DNA of 64,000 bases from Candidatus Daviesbacteria bacterium (GTDB lineage Bacteria > Patescibacteriota > Microgenomatia > Daviesbacterales > UBA10151): contig JAQUSJ010000001.1 of the NCBI GenBank assembly GCA_028715175.1, forward strand, positions 404,550-468,549. Reading direction: 5' to 3'. Shown here in pieces: positions 19,430 through 28,447 of the stretch (position 1 is the first letter of the stretch; every line of letters begins with the position of its first letter). The notes below the pieces were generated by a model. That model was not told the DNA's origin and made no database searches. It saw only the letters and a program-made list of their open reading frames with translations. The position numbers were made by a program, and so were the translations under genes.

Positions 19430-19522
19430 TCCGTCAGCTGACGGACCCTAAGATATCTGCCCAGAAAGTCCGCCTTCGTCTCGATTGATCGGGACTTCGG
19501 TCGGGTAAAAGAGGATGTCCTC

Positions 19523-19933
19523 ATGTTTTTGGGTGAGTATCAAACAAAATTCACAGGAAAAGGTCGAGTGGTTCTGCCTCATAAGTTTAGGCAAGAGCTT
19601 AAGGGTAATGAAGTTATCTTAAGCCGTGGTTTTGAAAATTGCATTTGGGGATTTGATTTAAAAGATTTTGAAAAAGAGGCAAGGAAGCAGCTTGAAATAT
19701 CTGCTACGGAAGAACGGGCCAGGTATATGCGAAGATATATTTTCGCAAGCAGCGAATCAGTGGAGTTGGACGCTCAAGGTAGGATTATCATACCGTCGGC
19801 TCTGCTTGATTTTGCTAGCGTTAAAGACGAAGTTACAGTTATAGGCGCGGGTGACCATTTTGAGATTTGGGATGTCAAGCTTTGGGAAAAGCATATGAAG
19901 GAAGTGGAGGTATTACTTGGAAGGGTATCATAG
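19523..19933 (+). CDS. mraZ: Transcriptional regulator MraZ
   Basis: MFLGEY, KGRVVLP, ELDAQGRIIIP, GAGDHFEIW. Confidence 0.95.
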   Translation: MFLGEYQTKFTGKGRVVLPHKFRQELKGNEVILSRGFENCIWGFDLKDFEKEARKQLEISATEERARYMRRYIFASSESVELDAQGRIIIPSALLDFASVKDEVTVIGAGDHFEIWDVKLWEKHMKEVEVLLGRVS

Positions 19934-20861
19934 GTCCGTTCTTCTTAAGGAAACAGTAGATGCTCTAGTTATTAAGGAGGGTAGATGGTATCTGGATCTG
20001 ACTTTGGGGGATGCAGGGCATTCGATAGAGATAATTTCGCGGGGCGGGAAAGTGGTCGGAATAGATGTTGACCCGCAGGCCCTTAGTAGAGCGCAGAAGA
20101 GGTTTAAAGATTTAGAAGTTGCAGAAGATAAATATAAATTAATTTTAGGTAATTTTAGAGATTTGAAAAATTTAATACAGTCCGCCTTCGCCAAGGCTTC
20201 GGCGGACAAGCAGACGGAGCTGAGACAGAAATTTGCAGGGGCAATTTTTGATCTCGGGGTTTCCAGTTTGCAACTTGAAAGCCCTGAGAGGGGTTTTTCT
20301 TTTGGAAAATCAGGACCCTTGGATATGAGAATGGATCCAAGTCTTAACGTGGAGGCGTCTGATCTAGTAAATTCTTTAACAAGAAAGGAATTATATGAAT
20401 TATTTGCAAAAATGGGTGAAGAAAAATATTCTTGGGCCGTGGCTGGTGCTTTGGTGCTCGCCCGTGAGGTAAGCCCGATCACAAATACTTTAGAGTTTGC
20501 CGAGATAGTGGAAAGGGTTGTAGGCGGTAGAGGAAGAAAGATCTTCGCTGGAAAGGTTTCGGCGGGCAAGCATCCGGCAACGAGAGTATTTCAGGCTTTG
20601 CGGATTGCAGTGAATGATGAGCTAAATGCCTTAAAGGAAGGATTAAGCAGTGCCCTGGATTTAATTGAAAAAGATGGCCGTATTGCGGTAATAAGCTTTC
20701 ATTCATTGGAGGATAGGATTGTTAAGAATACTTTTAAAGCATGGGAAACTGCAGGGACTGGCCAAGTTCTAACTAAGAAACCGGTAGTGCCGAATGATGC
20801 GGAAGTAGCAGAGAATTCTAAATCAAGGTCTGCAAAGATGAGAGTTTTTAAGAGGTTATAG
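19917..20861 (+). CDS. rsmH: 16S rRNA m4C1402 methyltransferase, with two in-frame palindromic inserts
   Basis: H.SVLL.E, DLTLGDAGHS, DLGVSS.QL, RGFSF, PLDMRMD, HPATRVFQALRIAVNDEL, SFHSLEDR. Confidence 0.96.
   Translation: MEGYHRSVLLKETVDALVIKEGRWYLDLTLGDAGHSIEIISRGGKVVGIDVDPQALSRAQKRFKDLEVAEDKYKLILGNFRDLKNLIQSAFAKASADKQTELRQKFAGAIFDLGVSSLQLESPERGFSFGKSGPLDMRMDPSLNVEASDLVNSLTRKELYELFAKMGEEKYSWAVAGALVLAREVSPITNTLEFAEIVERVVGGRGRKIFAGKVSAGKHPATRVFQALRIAVNDELNALKEGLSSALDLIEKDGRIAVISFHSLEDRIVKNTFKAWETAGTGQVLTKKPVVPNDAEVAENSKSRSAKMRVFKRL
20181..20210. repeat. 30-bp palindromic insert in rsmH (SAFAKASADK)
   Basis: GTCCGCC-TTC-GCCAAGGC-TTC-GGCGGAC; related copies at 19469-19509 and 20541-20570. Confidence 0.8.
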
Positions 20862-20885
20862 ACGTGGACTGTAATCTAATCGATT

Positions 20886-21182
20886 ATGACAATTATACAA
20901 AAATTTGAACCGGCTGAACAAAAAAAGGGATTTTCGAAAAAATATGCATGTTTAGTAGCGATAGGTCTTTTTATTCTTATGCTGGCAGAGATCTGGGCCA
21001 GTAATAATGTTGTTGAGTATGGTGAAAAGTTGGAAAAATTATCGCTTTTGTCAAAAACATTGAGTACGGAAAATCAACTTTTGGAAAACGAGATAGCTTC
21101 GGGCGGATCATTGAGTAATGTTGCATCCAGATCCGCAGAGCTTGGTTTTTCGTCACCCGAGAGTATACAATATATTCGTTAA
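20886..21182 (+). CDS. ftsL: Cell division protein FtsL-like
   Basis: Short tail, TM and coiled coil ending A.ELGF; located between rsmH and ftsI. Confidence 0.65.
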   Translation: MTIIQKFEPAEQKKGFSKKYACLVAIGLFILMLAEIWASNNVVEYGEKLEKLSLLSKTLSTENQLLENEIASGGSLSNVASRSAELGFSSPESIQYIR

Positions 21183-21185
21183 TAC

Positions 21186-22871
21186 ATGCGAATATTTTGG
21201 ATTAGGGCAATTTTTCTAATATTTCTTTTTCTTGTCGCAGTCCGTTTATTCTATTGGCAAGTAGTCCGCGCAGAATTTTTGCAATCTCAAGCAGACAACC
21301 AACATTTTACAGATACCAAGTTGGATGCTGTTAGAGGAGATATCTTTTTTTCAGACGGGTCTATTTTAACTTCTTCCAATCCCTCGTTTACCTTATACGG
21401 TTTGCCTAAAGAGATAGCAAAAGATCAGAAAATTCAAACTTCCTACTTATTAGCCAAAATTTTATCGGAATCGCAAGACTATGTAGATGGCCTGGCAAAG
21501 GAATTAGTCAATAAATTAGAGCAAGATTTTTATTGGGTGCCATTAAAAAAGAATATTTCTTTTGATCAAAAAAAACAAATTGAAAAACTAAATCTAGCGG
21601 GTATCGGTTTTAATCAAGACAGCAGCAGATTTTATCCTGAAGGTTCATCTTCCGCGCATTTGCTGGGTTTTGTGAATTCCGATGCCAAAGGTAATTTTGG
21701 ACTGGAAGGTTATTTTGATGGAGAGTTAAAAGGTATTTCAGGATCAATAAGACATGAAAAAGATGCTTTAGGTTTACCGATATTGATAGGAAAATTTTTA
21801 ACAACTGATGCAAGAAACGGGAAAAATTTAATCTTAAACATTGACAGATCAGTCCAGTATATTGTTGAACAAACCCTTAAAACAGGGGTTGCAAAATATG
21901 GCGCTAAAGCAGGTTCGATTGTGGTGATGGAGCCTGGTACAGGGGGAATTTTAGCAATGGCGTCTTTTCCCAATTATAATCCGGAAAAGTATTTTGATTA
22001 TCCGAAGGAATTCTACAGGAATCCTGTTGTTGCCGACCATTACGAACCGGGATCGACTTTTAAAGTTATGGTTATGGCAGCTGCCTTAAATGAAGACTTG
22101 GTAAGGCCGGATACGAAGTGTAACAGTTGTTCCGGCCCGATTTCTGTCGGCGGTTTTTCTATAAGAACCTGGAATAATAAATATTATCCGGATTCTACTT
22201 TAAAGGATGTGATAATTCATTCCGATAATACGGGAATGGTTTTTGTAGCCCGGAAGCTAGGATTGGATAAATTTTATTCCTATCTTGAAAATTTTGGATT
22301 TGGGGCTTCTACGAATATTGATTTACAGGATGAATCCACTCCTGAGATCAGGGCAAAAAATAGTTGGAGAGAAATTGATCTGGTAACAGCATCATTCGGT
22401 CAAGGTATTGCAGTTACACCGATACAGATGGTTACTGCGGTCTCGGCTATTGCGAATGGTGGAAATTTAATGGAACCGCATGTAGTAAAAGAAATTACCA
22501 ACGAGCAGGGGAGTTTTGCGATAACCCCAAAAGTTGTAAGAAGAGTGATTAAAGATTCGGTATCCCAGGAGGTAAAGGAGATGATGGTTGCGGCAGTCGA
22601 AGAAGGTGAGGCAAGAACGTTTAAGCTTAAAGGATTTAAAGTTGCAGGCAAAACAGGAACTGCTCAAATTCCGGTTGCCGGCCATTATGATGCAAATAAA
22701 ACAATAGCCTCTTTTGTAGGTTTTGCGCCGGCGGATAATCCGAAATTTGTGATGCTGGTGCGTTTTGATGAACCTTCGTCTTCTATTTTCGGCTCAGAAA
22801 CAGCAGCCCCTACTTTTTTTGAAATAGCCAAACAGCTCCTTTTCTACTATAAAATTGCTCCTTCTGAATAG
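21186..22871 (+). CDS. ftsI: Class B penicillin-binding protein (FtsI/PBP3)
   Basis: RGDI, RFYP, GLEGYFD; SxxK (EPGSTFK), SxN (SDN) and KTG motifs. Confidence 0.92.
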   Translation: MRIFWIRAIFLIFLFLVAVRLFYWQVVRAEFLQSQADNQHFTDTKLDAVRGDIFFSDGSILTSSNPSFTLYGLPKEIAKDQKIQTSYLLAKILSESQDYVDGLAKELVNKLEQDFYWVPLKKNISFDQKKQIEKLNLAGIGFNQDSSRFYPEGSSSAHLLGFVNSDAKGNFGLEGYFDGELKGISGSIRHEKDALGLPILIGKFLTTDARNGKNLILNIDRSVQYIVEQTLKTGVAKYGAKAGSIVVMEPGTGGILAMASFPNYNPEKYFDYPKEFYRNPVVADHYEPGSTFKVMVMAAALNEDLVRPDTKCNSCSGPISVGGFSIRTWNNKYYPDSTLKDVIIHSDNTGMVFVARKLGLDKFYSYLENFGFGASTNIDLQDESTPEIRAKNSWREIDLVTASFGQGIAVTPIQMVTAVSAIANGGNLMEPHVVKEITNEQGSFAITPKVVRRVIKDSVSQEVKEMMVAAVEEGEARTFKLKGFKVAGKTGTAQIPVAGHYDANKTIASFVGFAPADNPKFVMLVRFDEPSSSIFGSETAAPTFFEIAKQLLFYYKIAPSE

Positions 22872-22942
22872 ATGACTCTGTTATAATCGCTTTGCGATTA
22901 CATCGCAATGCTTCTTGTAACGCGTTGCGTTATAATGCCTTA

Positions 22943-24202
22943 ATGAAGAAATTAATTAAGGGAATTTTTTCGCAAAGACTAATTAATATTTTTTATCATT
23001 TGCCAAAAGCCGTACTGGCAAATATAGTTTATGGCTTCCCTACCAGGGGGCTTAAAGTTATTGGGATAACCGGAACTGACGGTAAAAGTACGACTACCAA
23101 TATGGTTTATCAGACTTTAAAGGCTGCCGGTAAAAAAACTTCCATGGTTTCTACAATTAATGCTGTGATTGGCGGAAAAGCATATGAGACAGGTTTTCAT
23201 GTCACATCACCTGATCCTTTTACCGTACAGAAATTTGCCAAAGAGGCGCTAGATAACGGTGATAAATTCCTGGTTTTGGAGGCAACCTCACATGCTTTGG
23301 ATCAGTATAGATTTTGGGGAATTAAATTTGATGTGGGGGTAATTACCAATGTTACCCATGAACACCTGGATTATCATAAAACTTTTGAAAATTATTTAAA
23401 AACAAAATTCAAGTTACTGCACGATGTTAAGTTTGCGGTTATCAATCTGAATCTTAGCCAATATACAGGACGATTACATAAGTTATTGACGAAGGGAAAA
23501 ATTATCACTTTTGGGTTAGATAAAGGTGATTTTAATCAAAAGGATCTTAAACTAAACTTGAAAATTCCGGGTGATTATAACATAGAGAATGCGCTGGCTT
23601 CCCTGGCCGTTGCTTTTGTTTTAGGAATTGATAAAAAAATTGCCCTCAGAACCCTGGATAATTTTACAGGTATAAGAGGTAGAATGGAGGAGGTTAAAAA
23701 TCGAAAAGGCATCAAGATTATTATAGATTTTGCTCATACCCCAAACGGCCTAAAGCAAGTTTTAACAACTTTACGCTCCCAGGCGAGGCCCGGACGGCTG
23801 ACAGCTATTATCGGGGCAGAAGGTTATAGGGATGTAGGAAAGAGGGCGATGATGGGAGAGACGGCTCAAAGACTGGCTGACTTTGTTGTAGTTACCGCCG
23901 TTGACCCTCGCGGTCAGTTGGATATAATTAACAGGCAGATTAGCGATGGTGCAAAGAAAGCTGGAGCAAAAAAGGGTATTAATTTCTTTATAATAGACGA
24001 CAGAAGCGAGGCAATAAAATTTGCCATAAACAGGCTTGCTAAAAAGAAAGACGTGGTGGGGATTTTTGGAAAAGGTCATGAAGCTTCTATGAATTTGGAT
24101 GGTAAAAAGGAAATTCCCTGGTCGGATTTTGAGGCGGTTCAATTTGTATTAGCAAAGTCAGCTCGTCACGGCGCAAAAAACCGTTCGACCACTGAATCTT
24201 GA
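22943..24202 (+). CDS. murE: Mur ligase, MurE-like, lacking the usual N-terminal domain
   Basis: GITGTDGKSTT, EATSH, HEHLDYH, DFAHTP, GKGHE; start ATG 22943. Confidence 0.8.
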   Translation: MKKLIKGIFSQRLINIFYHLPKAVLANIVYGFPTRGLKVIGITGTDGKSTTTNMVYQTLKAAGKKTSMVSTINAVIGGKAYETGFHVTSPDPFTVQKFAKEALDNGDKFLVLEATSHALDQYRFWGIKFDVGVITNVTHEHLDYHKTFENYLKTKFKLLHDVKFAVINLNLSQYTGRLHKLLTKGKIITFGLDKGDFNQKDLKLNLKIPGDYNIENALASLAVAFVLGIDKKIALRTLDNFTGIRGRMEEVKNRKGIKIIIDFAHTPNGLKQVLTTLRSQARPGRLTAIIGAEGYRDVGKRAMMGETAQRLADFVVVTAVDPRGQLDIINRQISDGAKKAGAKKGINFFIIDDRSEAIKFAINRLAKKKDVVGIFGKGHEASMNLDGKKEIPWSDFEAVQFVLAKSARHGAKNRSTTES

Positions 24203-24299
24203 AACATTTAGTGATTCTCTGGTCTCACTTGAGGCTCGTCAATCGACTACCTGCTGCACAATTGACTCGCCACATTTTTTGACTGCTCGTGACTTCGCT
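24159..24299. repeat. Structured repeat, copy C (same termini, different core), overlapping the murE 3' end
   Basis: CAGCTCGTCAC..CAAAAAA ... ACATTTTTTG..GTGACTTCGCT. Confidence 0.7.
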
Positions 24300-24309
24300 A
24301 TCTTTTTAT

Positions 24310-24894
24310 ATGGATTCTAAATATAAACTAATAATTGATTCTTTTGGGAAAGACAGATTTAAATTTAATGAGCCTTTGAAAAATCACACGACTTCCGGAT
24401 TTGGGGGACCTGCCAGGATATTTTTTATTGCCTTTAGCGCCAAAGAATTAATTAAAATAATCAGTATGTGTAGGCAGTTGGGTTTACCGTATTTTTTATT
24501 TGGAAGTGGTTCTAAAATTATGATCTCCGATTTGGGATTTGACGGGTTAATAATCAAAAATCGGATAAAAGATATCCAGACAATTTCCGTTAAGGGTAAA
24601 GTGACAAAATACGGGATAGGAGTTCAGGAGGCTGCAATAGAAGCGGAATCCGGTTTGAGTATAAAAAAATGGGTTGAATATCTTAATGCTCAAAATCTGG
24701 AAGCTCTGGAGTTTATGAATTTACCGGGTACTATCGGCGGGAATTTATTCTTGAGCAAATCTTTGCAAAACCATGCTAAAAGTATTAAAGTATTAGACTT
24801 GAGATCTGAAATCATAGAGATTGCTGCCGAGAATTTAAATCCAAGAAAGCATATAATAATATCTGCGGTATTTAGAATTAAGGCAAAAAAATAA
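24310..24894 (+). CDS. murB: Truncated MurB-like FAD-binding protein
   Basis: EPLKNHTT.GFGGPA, FGSGSKIMISD.GFDG, LPGTIGG; no C-terminal MurB domain. Confidence 0.7.
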   Translation: MDSKYKLIIDSFGKDRFKFNEPLKNHTTSGFGGPARIFFIAFSAKELIKIISMCRQLGLPYFLFGSGSKIMISDLGFDGLIIKNRIKDIQTISVKGKVTKYGIGVQEAAIEAESGLSIKKWVEYLNAQNLEALEFMNLPGTIGGNLFLSKSLQNHAKSIKVLDLRSEIIEIAAENLNPRKHIIISAVFRIKAKK

Positions 24895-26154
24895 ATGCGG
24901 TATATCATTAACGGTGGAAAAAAATTAAAGGGGTCGATTAAAGTATCCGGTAACAAAAATTCGGTTTTTCCTTGTATTGGGGCCGCACTGCTGACAGAAG
25001 ACGAAGTCACTTTAGAGAATGTGTCTAATCTTAAGGATACGGAAATCCTGATACAAATTTTACAAAAATTAGGGGTAAAGGTGCAAAAAGAGAGTTCTAC
25101 GCTCAAAATTAAAGCTTCGAATATACACCACTCCACTTTGCCGGAAGATTTAATGGTTAAACTGCGGGGATCGCTTGTATTGGTAGGGGCTATGCTGGCA
25201 AGAGCAGGCAAAGTAAATTTTTATCATCCCGGAGGAGATATCATCGGTAAAAGAAGTATAGAGACTCATCTTGAAGGTTTTAAAGCCTTAGGGGCATCTT
25301 TCAAAAAGAGTAACTCAAAATATAGCCTGAGCATTCCGCAAGTTTCCAGCGGAGATTACCATATTTTCTTACGGGAAGCCTCAGTTACGGCAACGGAAAA
25401 TCTAATTTTGGTTTCAGTGTTAGGGCAAAGGCAAGTAATTTTAGAAAACTGCGCCAAGGAACCCCATGTTGTGGATCTTTGTAATATGCTTTCACAAATG
25501 GGTGCCCGAATTGAAGGTACAGGAACAGAAACTTTAATTATTACGGGAGTTACTAAATTAAGCGGAACCAGCTTTATGATCGGGGCAGATCACATTGAAA
25601 TAGGTACGTATATAGTAGCTTCGGCAATAACAGGAGGAGAAATTAAAATTGAAGGGCTTAGGGGAGTCTGTTTGGATCCTATTTTAAGGCCGCTTCAAAG
25701 TTTTGGTATTAAACTGGAAAATATCGGCAGCAGCATTGTCGTTTATCCGTCAAAACTTAAATCAGTGTCGGCGCTTATTACCAACATTTGGCCCGGATTT
25801 CCGACTGATTTGATGAGTGTTGCTATAGTTCTTGCAACGCAAGCTAAAGGGATAACTTTATGCCATGATTGGATGTATGAAGGAAGAATGTTTTTTACGG
25901 ACAAATTAATTAAGATGGGCGCCAAAATTACTTTGGCTGATCCGCATAGAGTATTAGTGTATGGGCCAAATAGGCTGCGGGGACGAGCACTGGAAACTCC
26001 GGATATCAGGGCAGGAATGGCTTTAGTAGTTGCTGCATTGGTTTCTAAGGGTGAAAGTGTCATTAATCAGGCAGAGTTGATTGAGAGAGGTTATGAGGGT
26101 GTAGTAGAGAAATTAAAAGCTCTTGGTGCGGATATTAGCAGAGCTGAGGCATAA
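24895..26154 (+). CDS. murA: UDP-N-acetylglucosamine 1-carboxyvinyltransferase, Cys115Asp type
   Basis: SGNKNS, LRGS, PGGDIIGKR, SVTATEN, PGFPTDL, PDIRAG, IERGYE. Confidence 0.95.
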   Translation: MRYIINGGKKLKGSIKVSGNKNSVFPCIGAALLTEDEVTLENVSNLKDTEILIQILQKLGVKVQKESSTLKIKASNIHHSTLPEDLMVKLRGSLVLVGAMLARAGKVNFYHPGGDIIGKRSIETHLEGFKALGASFKKSNSKYSLSIPQVSSGDYHIFLREASVTATENLILVSVLGQRQVILENCAKEPHVVDLCNMLSQMGARIEGTGTETLIITGVTKLSGTSFMIGADHIEIGTYIVASAITGGEIKIEGLRGVCLDPILRPLQSFGIKLENIGSSIVVYPSKLKSVSALITNIWPGFPTDLMSVAIVLATQAKGITLCHDWMYEGRMFFTDKLIKMGAKITLADPHRVLVYGPNRLRGRALETPDIRAGMALVVAALVSKGESVINQAELIERGYEGVVEKLKALGADISRAEA

Positions 26155-26158
26155 AAAC

Positions 26159-26204
26159 CTGCTTCGCGCTTCGTTATATGTTATATTATAACTCGCGCTC
26201 GCAG
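26159..26204. repeat. Intergenic hairpin with two TTC/TC internal loops; loop overlaps an extended -10
   Basis: CTGC-TTC-GCGC-TTC-GTTATA-N8-TATAAC-TC-GCGC-TC-GCAG. Confidence 0.75.
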
Positions 26205-26240
26205 AACTTTGCCTTTTGCTGACGCAAAACGTAATTACTC

Positions 26241-27440
26241 ATGGATATCGCAAAGCATCCGATTTGGGATCAAGTAACACCTTATAAAACAAAAATTTCT
26301 GCTTTTAAAAAACCATTCCATTTGTTTAGGATATATCTGGCTAAACAATATGCTAGATTATACAAACCGGAAACATTTATCGGCGTGACAGGTTCTGTCG
26401 GGAAAACTACTTGCGTAGAAGTTGCTAAAGCAGTTTTATCACAAAAATATAAAACTATTTCAACAAAACCGAATTTGGATCCTGTATTAAATATTCCGTC
26501 TACAATTCTTAGAATGAATCCCGCAATCCAGAAAGTCATTTTAGAGATGGGGGTAGAATATAAAAATGAAATGGATTTCTATCTCTCGCTCGTTAAACCT
26601 AAGATTGTTGTCATTACCAAAATTGCCTATGCCCATAGTGAATACCTTGGAGGAATAGACGGGATTTTAGAAGAAAAAGGTAAGCTAGTGGCAAGTTTAA
26701 CTCCGGATGGGGTGGCGATATTAAATTATGATGATCCTAACTGTAGAAAATTGGCGGAGAACTGTGATGGAACTGTTTTCTATTATGGCATGGATTCCAA
26801 AAATTGTACTGTTTGGGCAGGCAATCCTAAAATAGAAAATTTTGCGACAACCTTTGAATTAAATCTTGGCGTAGAAAGAGTTAAAGTTAATTTCCAACTT
26901 TTAGGATTACACCAGGTCTATTCGGCGCTTGCCGGTGCGCTTTTAGGGGTAGTCAGCGGTATCCCGTTAACAAAAATAAAATTGGCTTTAGAATCAATAA
27001 AACCATCAGAGCATCGTTTGCAAGCAGTTCAAGGTCCTGGTAACTCGATTTTATTGGATGATACTTATAATTGCTCACCGAGCGCTCTGGAAGCTTCAAT
27101 AGATGCCTTACTTGCTGTACCGGCAAGACGGAGGATAGTTGTGTTGGGCGAAATGAGAGAACTAGGTCCATATTCCGAGAAGTTGCACAGAGCAGTTGCG
27201 CAAAAAATATACAAAGAAAAATTGGATTTTGTTTTTTTGGGCCAGGGAGATACGGAATTTATAGCAGATGAATTAAAAAGTTTGGGGTTTCGGGAAGACA
27301 GGCTGGAATCAAATTTAGGAAATTCCGATCTTGTTTCAAAATTACTCCGGATACTTGAGAAAGGTGATGTTTGTTTGATTAAGGGATCCAGAGCAGTAAG
27401 ATTAGATGAGGTTGTGAGAAGAATTGCAAAAAAAACATGA
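26241..27440 (+). CDS. murF: Mur ligase, MurF-like, lacking the usual N-terminal domain
   Basis: GVTGSVGKTT, LEMG, DDTYN, VLGEMRELG, KGSR. Confidence 0.85.
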   Translation: MDIAKHPIWDQVTPYKTKISAFKKPFHLFRIYLAKQYARLYKPETFIGVTGSVGKTTCVEVAKAVLSQKYKTISTKPNLDPVLNIPSTILRMNPAIQKVILEMGVEYKNEMDFYLSLVKPKIVVITKIAYAHSEYLGGIDGILEEKGKLVASLTPDGVAILNYDDPNCRKLAENCDGTVFYYGMDSKNCTVWAGNPKIENFATTFELNLGVERVKVNFQLLGLHQVYSALAGALLGVVSGIPLTKIKLALESIKPSEHRLQAVQGPGNSILLDDTYNCSPSALEASIDALLAVPARRRIVVLGEMRELGPYSEKLHRAVAQKIYKEKLDFVFLGQGDTEFIADELKSLGFREDRLESNLGNSDLVSKLLRILEKGDVCLIKGSRAVRLDEVVRRIAKKT

Positions 27441-28447
27441 CTCAATTACTTGGATTAGTTTTATTATCATTTGTAGTGACATCAGTTTTTATAGTGCCAT
27501 TTATTGATTTGCTTTTTTATTTAAAGAGGCGTTTTGAGCGGATTCAAAGAGGAGACGTGAAGAAATCTGAAACCCCTATACACGACCAATTGATGAAGAA
27601 AGACATTGATACCCCATCCGGCGGCGGAATACTTTTAATTTCCATCCTGGTAATTTTGAGTGTTGGATATACTTTTTTAAATCCTGCTGTTGATAAAATA
27701 TCATTGGGAATTTTGCTTTTTACTCTTGTTTCTTTCGGATCCTTAGGTTTAGTTGACGATATTAAGCTTATCGTTACCAGAAGAAGAGGTAAGTTGTTAG
27801 GGCTTGGCAGAAGAAAAATGTTATTAATTCAAGCTATTTTGGCCTTTATTATTTCGGTAATGCTTTATTGTATGGTAGGGTTAAATAATTTTTATATTTC
27901 AGGCTTAGGTAATTTTATTATTTATGCCTGGTATATTCCGCTGGCAGCCTTTGTAATTATTGCATTTGCGAATGCTTATAACATTTCAGACGGTTTGGAT
28001 GGTTTATCTGCAGGACTTTTGCTTATTTGTTTATTTGCTTTTTTAGCGCTTAATGCTCAAGGTTTAAATTTATCCCTTGCATCGTTTATAGGGATCTGGG
28101 TTGGTTTGCTTTTTGCCTTTCTCTATTTTAACATTTGGCCTGCCAGAATTTTTTTAGGTGATGCAGGCGCTTTTGCTTTTGGTGCAACATTGGCGGTTGT
28201 GGGACTCCTGACAGGTAAAATTTTGGCTCTGGCAATAATTGGCGGCATGTTTATCGTTATTGTTTCTTCATCGCTGATTCAAATACTATCCAAAAAAATT
28301 CTAAAAAGAAGAATTTTTCCGGTTTCTCCGGTTCATATGTATTTTAAGTACATCGGTTGGGAGGAACCGAAGATAGTTAGCAGGTTTTGGTTAGCAGGCG
28401 GAGTATTTGCAATTTTAGGTTTATGGATAGCTTCACTTTCAAGATGA
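27437..28447 (+). CDS. mraY: Phospho-N-acetylmuramoyl-pentapeptide transferase
   Basis: TPSGGG, GLVDD, NAYNISDGLDGL, PARIFLGDAG, PVH...GWEEPKIV.RFW. Confidence 0.93.
   Translation: MTQLLGLVLLSFVVTSVFIVPFIDLLFYLKRRFERIQRGDVKKSETPIHDQLMKKDIDTPSGGGILLISILVILSVGYTFLNPAVDKISLGILLFTLVSFGSLGLVDDIKLIVTRRRGKLLGLGRRKMLLIQAILAFIISVMLYCMVGLNNFYISGLGNFIIYAWYIPLAAFVIIAFANAYNISDGLDGLSAGLLLICLFAFLALNAQGLNLSLASFIGIWVGLLFAFLYFNIWPARIFLGDAGAFAFGATLAVVGLLTGKILALAIIGGMFIVIVSSSLIQILSKKILKRRIFPVSPVHMYFKYIGWEEPKIVSRFWLAGGVFAILGLWIASLSR

Noticed and set aside
24860-24900. Programmed frameshift or readthrough restoring full-length MurB
   Set aside because: murA starts immediately after the stop, leaving no sequence to encode the missing domain
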